NCBI GenBank assembly: GCA_950072105.1
Contig: CATMOE010000007.1
Location: 1 to 64,000, forward strand
Source of the DNA: an uncultured Dehalococcoidia bacterium
GTDB taxonomy: Bacteria > Chloroflexota > Dehalococcoidia > Lucifugimonadales > UBA3495
Direction of reading: 5' to 3'
DNA length: 64,000 bases
Below are positions 59,215 through 64,000 of this stretch, piece after piece. Below the pieces are notes generated by a model. It saw only the letters and a list, made by a program, of their open reading frames with translations. It did no database searches and was not told the DNA's origin. Position 1 is the first letter of the stretch. Every line of letters starts with the position of its first letter. Position numbers and translations under genes: made by a program.

Positions 59215-60225
59215 ATGACCACACCGGAATCACAACTCATCGATACCCACGCGCACATCGTTCCACCCAGCCTGGTGGCCGAGGCGAGGACCAGCGGCAA
59301 GAGCCTGGGGGTGACGGTGGAGGATACCGATCGGGGGCCCGCGTTGCAGTTCGATGGGTTGGTCCCACTGCGTCCTTTGGGTGGCCTGGCCCAGGTGGAA
59401 CCGCGTCTGGCGTGGATGGCTGAGCAAGGCCTGGATCTGCAGATCCTCGCCTCTTGGCTGGACATCCACGGTTACACTCTTTCCCCCGATAACGCCGCCA
59501 CGTGGGCTAGGCTGTTCAACGAGCACTTAGCCGAGTTGATCGCTTCCCATGAAGGCACGTTTCGTGGTCTGGCCACGGTGCCGATACAGGACGGAACCAT
59601 GGCGGCCAAGGAATTGGAATACGCGGTGAAGGAGCTGGGCATGCTGGGCACCATGGTGTCCGCCGACCCGGTAGGACACGACCTGTCGCAAGACAGCTAC
59701 GAGCCGCTGTGGGCGGCGGCGGAAAGCCTAGGCGTGCCGGTGGTGCTTCACCCCGCTACCCACGGGTTCGGCGGCGGCATAACGCCCAACTTCCTGACTT
59801 TCAGCTTGGGGCGCACCCTGGACACCACCATAACCGCGGCAAAGCTGATCCTTGGAGGCCTGTTCGATCGCCATCCCCGGCTGAAGATGGTGCTGGTCCA
59901 CGGCGGCGGGTTCCTCCCTTACCAAGCCGCCCGCATCGACAGCGGATACCGTACCGGTTCGGGACGCCCCGTTGAATTGCAGCGGGACAAGCCGTCGGAT
60001 TACTTGCCGCTGCTTTACTACGACACCGTGAATATGTCGCCGGACTCGATAAGCATGATGCGGAATGTGGCCGGGGCCGATCACATCATGCTGGGGTCGG
60101 ATTACGTCTTCTCGGGTACTACGGAATCGCTGACGGAACCGGTGCGAGAGGCCGGGTTGGAGCCGGCGGAGTTCCAGTTGATCTGTTGTGGCAGCGCCCG
60201 GCGCTTGTTCTTCAAAGAAGATTAG
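59215..60225 (+). CDS. Amidohydrolase_2 (ACMSD-like decarboxylase/hydratase)
   Basis: AGGAGG RBS; IDTHAH, LHP, HGGGFLP, YYDT and GSDY motifs. Confidence 0.9.
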   Translation: MTTPESQLIDTHAHIVPPSLVAEARTSGKSLGVTVEDTDRGPALQFDGLVPLRPLGGLAQVEPRLAWMAEQGLDLQILASWLDIHGYTLSPDNAATWARLFNEHLAELIASHEGTFRGLATVPIQDGTMAAKELEYAVKELGMLGTMVSADPVGHDLSQDSYEPLWAAAESLGVPVVLHPATHGFGGGITPNFLTFSLGRTLDTTITAAKLILGGLFDRHPRLKMVLVHGGGFLPYQAARIDSGYRTGSGRPVELQRDKPSDYLPLLYYDTVNMSPDSISMMRNVAGADHIMLGSDYVFSGTTESLTEPVREAGLEPAEFQLICCGSARRLFFKED

Positions 60226-60372
60226 CTTCGGACTGGCGATATTTTCGTTGATATTCCGGTAGGGCGCACCTATACTTGCCGATAATCGAGGACCCGCTGT
60301 CCCTTGGCTATTGCCAGAGGCCACCGGACTGCTGGAAAGTTCAAAGGCGCAATAGCTAAAAAGGAGGACCGG

Positions 60373-62463
60373 GTGGCCCGTTCCCCTCGTGGCAAACGAA
60401 GCTCTTCCGGCTCTGGCGCCGAGGGTAAGGCTCGCCCAGTGCGGCGGGGCTTGGTCCTGGACGGGTTGGCCGTGGTGACCGTCGTCTTGGCCCTGGCCAT
60501 CACGATGGTGGTGAGCGCCGACGCCCGGTTATGGGCCCTTGAGTCCTTGGGTTACGGCTGGATCCCGGCGGGTCTGTGGCTTGGTTCGGTTGTCTATGGA
60601 TTGCGGTACCACATCCGGTCGTTCCGCCGGCTGTGGCAATGGTGGGTGTTGGCCGCCGGCGGGGCCGCCATCGTCATCGGGGTGCTCTCCTTCTTCCACC
60701 CTGGATTCGGCGTTTTTGCCGTGGCCGGGCTGAGCGGCAAGTGGGGAACCGTACTGGGAGGCTCGCCCCTTTTCCTGGGTATCGCCAAATTACTGGCCAT
60801 CGCGATTTTGACGCCGGTGGTGGTGTTTCCACGGAGGGTTGGCCCCTTCTACGCCAGGGGATTTGAAGGGGTAGGCCAAGGCGTCCGGACCGTGGCTGAA
60901 AACCCTCAGATCAGACGGGGAATAAGTTCGTTGACGGATCGGTTAAGGTCTCGAACAAAGAGCCCCCAGGAACCGAGCGTATCTGAGGCTTCCCCAGAGA
61001 CTCCGGCCGTATCTCCCATCGTTGACCGCGAGCCTGCCAAACCGGAAGCGGTACCGGTAGGCAAGCCGGATGTCGAACCGGACGCGATCAGCGAATCCTC
61101 CATGATGGACGTATTCGTCAGCGAAGAGTTGGCCTTGTATGTCCAGCCGGCCGAAACCGATCCGGCCATGGATCCCCCTTGGTTGCTGCCAACCGCGGGT
61201 CTGCTATCTACTCCTGAGCCCGTTGAATCCAACGAAGAGGCCCTGGACGCTACCGCGCGTCTCATCGAGCAAACTCTGGCCAGCCACGGGGTGAACGTGA
61301 CGGTTGCCGATACCCAGGCCGGTCCCCGGCTGATCCGTTTCGGTCTGGACCCGGGCTGGCTTACCGAAGACAAGGACGGACCGGAAGGCGATCGAGGGGG
61401 TGGGACCAGAGTTAGGGTCCAAAGCATCGTGGCCCGGCAGAACGACCTGGCCCTGGCTCTCAAGACGCCTTCGATAAGGATCCAGCCGACGATACCAGGA
61501 GAGGCTTTGGTAGGCCTGGAGGTTCCGTCTCCCACTCCCAGGAGGGTCGGCCTCAAAGAGATGGTCGAGTCCGAGGCTTTTACCGACTGCGCCGCGAAGG
61601 GAGGTCTGCCCATCGCCATCGGCCAGGACATCGCCGGCGAGCCTGAAGTGCTGGACCTGGCCGGACTACCCCATCTGCTCATCGCGGGAGCCACCGGCAC
61701 GGGCAAGAGTGTCTGTCTCAACAGTATCGTCGCGTCCCTGCTGGTGGCAAAGTCACCCGATGAACTTCGCCTATTGATGGTCGATCCTAAGGGCGTGGAA
61801 CTAACTCCCTTCGACGGTCTTCCTCACCTGGCTGCTCCCACTGTCCAGGAATTTAAGGGATTCACCGAATCGCTGACAGGGCTATTGAATCTGATGCAGC
61901 AACGGTACGCCAGATTGGGGCAGGCCGGGGTACGCAACATCGCCGGCTACAACGCCACCGCCCAGCGAAGGATGCCCTACGTTGTTTTGGTGGTCGACGA
62001 GCTGGCCGAATTGATGCTGGCCGGGGGCCGCGAATCCGAAGCGAATCTTGTGCGGTTGGCCCAGATGGGGAGGGCTACGGGGATACACTTAGTGCTGGCC
62101 ACTCAGAGGCCGACCGTGGACGTAGTCACCGGCTTGTTAAAAGCCAACATCGCCACCCGCATCGCTTTTACCGTAGCGTCGCAGACCGACTCCAGGGTCA
62201 TATTAGACGTGTCGGGCGCCGAAGACTTGCTTGGAAGGGGCGACATGCTCCTTCTGGAGAACCAGTCCCCCCAACCCCGGCGGGTGCAAGGCGTTTTTGT
62301 GGACGATGGCGAGCTTTCCCGGTTGGTGGAATTTTGGCGAGACCCAAGCCAGTCCCGCCCGCCGGTTCTCGAATCAGAGACTGATAATGAAGAGCTTGGC
62401 AGTGAAGCGGTTGTGGAAGAAGAGAACGTCGATGAAGAAGTTGGCGACTCGGGGACTGAATGA
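60373..62463 (+). CDS. ftsK: FtsK/SpoIIIE DNA translocase with membrane domain but no gamma domain
   Basis: AGGAGG RBS and GTG at 60373; transmembrane helices; PHLLIAGATGTGKS, VVDE, LATQRP and GAEDLLGRGDML motifs. Confidence 0.88.
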   Translation: MARSPRGKRSSSGSGAEGKARPVRRGLVLDGLAVVTVVLALAITMVVSADARLWALESLGYGWIPAGLWLGSVVYGLRYHIRSFRRLWQWWVLAAGGAAIVIGVLSFFHPGFGVFAVAGLSGKWGTVLGGSPLFLGIAKLLAIAILTPVVVFPRRVGPFYARGFEGVGQGVRTVAENPQIRRGISSLTDRLRSRTKSPQEPSVSEASPETPAVSPIVDREPAKPEAVPVGKPDVEPDAISESSMMDVFVSEELALYVQPAETDPAMDPPWLLPTAGLLSTPEPVESNEEALDATARLIEQTLASHGVNVTVADTQAGPRLIRFGLDPGWLTEDKDGPEGDRGGGTRVRVQSIVARQNDLALALKTPSIRIQPTIPGEALVGLEVPSPTPRRVGLKEMVESEAFTDCAAKGGLPIAIGQDIAGEPEVLDLAGLPHLLIAGATGTGKSVCLNSIVASLLVAKSPDELRLLMVDPKGVELTPFDGLPHLAAPTVQEFKGFTESLTGLLNLMQQRYARLGQAGVRNIAGYNATAQRRMPYVVLVVDELAELMLAGGRESEANLVRLAQMGRATGIHLVLATQRPTVDVVTGLLKANIATRIAFTVASQTDSRVILDVSGAEDLLGRGDMLLLENQSPQPRRVQGVFVDDGELSRLVEFWRDPSQSRPPVLESETDNEELGSEAVVEEENVDEEVGDSGTE

Positions 62464-62543
62464 TCGTGCTTTCGGGTAGGCATCGGCCTTTCGAGACTAG
62501 CCGGAATTGACATAACAATTGTAGAGGTTTGAAGGAGAACGAA

Positions 62544-63282
62544 ATGGCCACACCGGAAACAGCAGTCGCGTTGTACAACTACGAAGCGTTCATGGGCGGA
62601 GAGTCCGATTTCATGGCCTTCCGGTCCAAGTTGCCCATCGGCTCCCCGGCGCCCGATTTCACCGCCGTGGCGTTGGACAGCGGGGAAAAAGTGCAGCTAC
62701 GTGACTACTGGAAAGACGGAGACGTGGTCATCGAGTTCGGTTCACTGACTTGACCTTACTGCACGCTGCCGGAGCTGGAAACCATGGCCAAGAAGTACGC
62801 CGACCAAGGGTTCAAGTTCGTCTTCGTCTATACATAGAGAAGCCCATCCCGGAGAGAACTTCCCTGCGCACCAAACCCTGGAGCAGAAGCTAGATCATGC
62901 CCGCTCCCTACAGACGGTGTTGGACGTGCAGCGCACTATTCTGGTGGATGACGTGGAAGGCACGGGACACGAGCTTTACGGTACGCTCCCGAACATGACC
63001 TATGTCATTGACCGGGGCGGCAAGGTGCTTTTCCGGTCGGATTGGACCGACCCGCCGACCATCGAACGGGTGTTGGACTACATCCTAGACGCCCGGAAGC
63101 AGCGGAGGGAAGGACTGCGGATGGCGCCCTTCTACTCTGAGATGGTGGGATACCGCTGGAGTGATCTGTCCAAGCACCATGAAGTTCTGGAAAGGGCCGG
63201 ACCCCAAGCGCTGTCCGACTGGGAAGGCAGCCAGAAACGGGGAGCTCAGCAGCCACCCCGGCCCGGTCGGATACAGATCTAG
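62544..63282 (+). CDS. Deiodinase-like thioredoxin-fold probable selenoprotein (UGA 62751-62753), with a +1 frameshift near 62835
   Basis: GSPAPDF...EFGSLT*PYC...FVFVYT/REAHPGE...ILVDD...LPN.TYVID. Confidence 0.78.
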
Positions 63283-63353
63283 CGCAACCCACCTCAATCC
63301 CTGAGATTATCCCATGCAAAAAGAAATTTGCAAAGAGATGAAGAGGGCATTGC

Positions 63354-63755
63354 TTGGAGGCATTATTAGACGGTACTCCTCAATTTCTGGTGGCGGCGAT
63401 CAATTCGCTAGTCGCATCAGGCATCGCACCGCATCTTGCTCGCATCGACGATTTATTCCGTAGGCAAGCGATGAGACCTACTGTTAGGGCAAAGGTCCAG
63501 TAGAACTTGCTAGTGACAACGTGGATGCTGCTCGTTGTATCAGCTTTGGTAGCAGTTATCCGAATAATTGCTAGCGGCATCGTTAGCAACTCGAATACGC
63601 ATCCATTATTCATCAATCTTGACCTAGGGATCGTTTCTTTTATGGGCTTGGCGTATTCGTGTATTTTAATCTCTGGTGTTCTTGGCTGGCGTGTACCATG
63701 GCTATGGGGTCCGTGGCAGCGGCAGCAACGCTCAGAGGAGCCAGATGAACAGTAG
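63354..63755 (+). pseudogene. AT-richer membrane protein, probably interrupted by in-frame TAG at 63501-63503
   Basis: The frame is open from TTG 63354 to the TAG and continues as the hydrophobic 63507..63755 ORF. Confidence 0.45.
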
Positions 63756-63893
63756 CCCGGTTAAAAATTAGGACACTACCAGCCTTTTGAGGTACTCTGT
63801 GACTTTGGGGGCAAACTCTCCTTTTGAGGCAAAGCTCCTCGCGAGGGATGGGAATGTTAGGATGAGGGCGCTACACCTCATAATAGGCATTCC

Positions 63894-64000
63894 TCACACC
63901 GGCGGCCGCATGTTGTGCCAGTCGGTTTCTTGTTCGTAGGCGTGACCCATTCGGATCAGCAAGGGCTCCGACAGGTGCTTGCCCACGAACTGAAGGCTTA
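63894..64000 (-). CDS. C-terminus of an amidase (5' part outside the window)
   Basis: SLQFVGKHLSEPLLIRMGHAYEQETDWHNMRPPV*. Confidence 0.85.
   Translation of the reverse strand, partial: SLQFVGKHLSEPLLIRMGHAYEQETDWHNMRPPV

Noticed and set aside
6168..63503. Genome-wide stop-codon reassignment (for example TAG to Gln) to explain the in-frame stops
   Set aside because: All three stop types interrupt genes, and TAG, TGA and TAA each end many intact genes at the expected family C-terminus (for example 6170, 13259, 17660, 41687, 49742)

Overview
GC-rich bacterial chromosome segment dominated by catabolic enzyme paralogues: a Mo-hydroxylase MSL+CoxG cluster, GMC oxidoreductase, enolase-superfamily enzyme, four amidohydrolases, two amidases, three VOC proteins, three Rid proteins, an F420-type LLM, a P450 and ring-hydroxylating dioxygenase subunits. 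This repertoire resembles SAR202-type Chloroflexota (inference only; there is no rRNA or marker gene here). I found no rRNA, tRNA, CRISPR array, prophage or intact transposase. Main observations: (1) a deiodinase-like thioredoxin-fold gene with an in-frame UGA exactly at the catalytic position (FGSLT-U-PYC), probably a selenoprotein, missed by the ORF track; (2) about 14 broken genes (6 in-frame stops, 5 one-base frameshifts, 3 deletions or fragments), mostly in secreted, membrane or accessory genes, while long enzyme genes are intact; (3) an EutA-like ATPase paired with a bicupin without eutBC; (4) a MaoC pair plus a single-chain triple-Rid protein; (5) a ComDE-like ThDP pair with a non-canonical motif, co-oriented with an MscR-like formaldehyde dehydrogenase; (6) five families of REP-like intergenic palindromes; (7) an FtsK lacking its gamma domain. 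All family assignments come from motif recognition by eye, not database searches.
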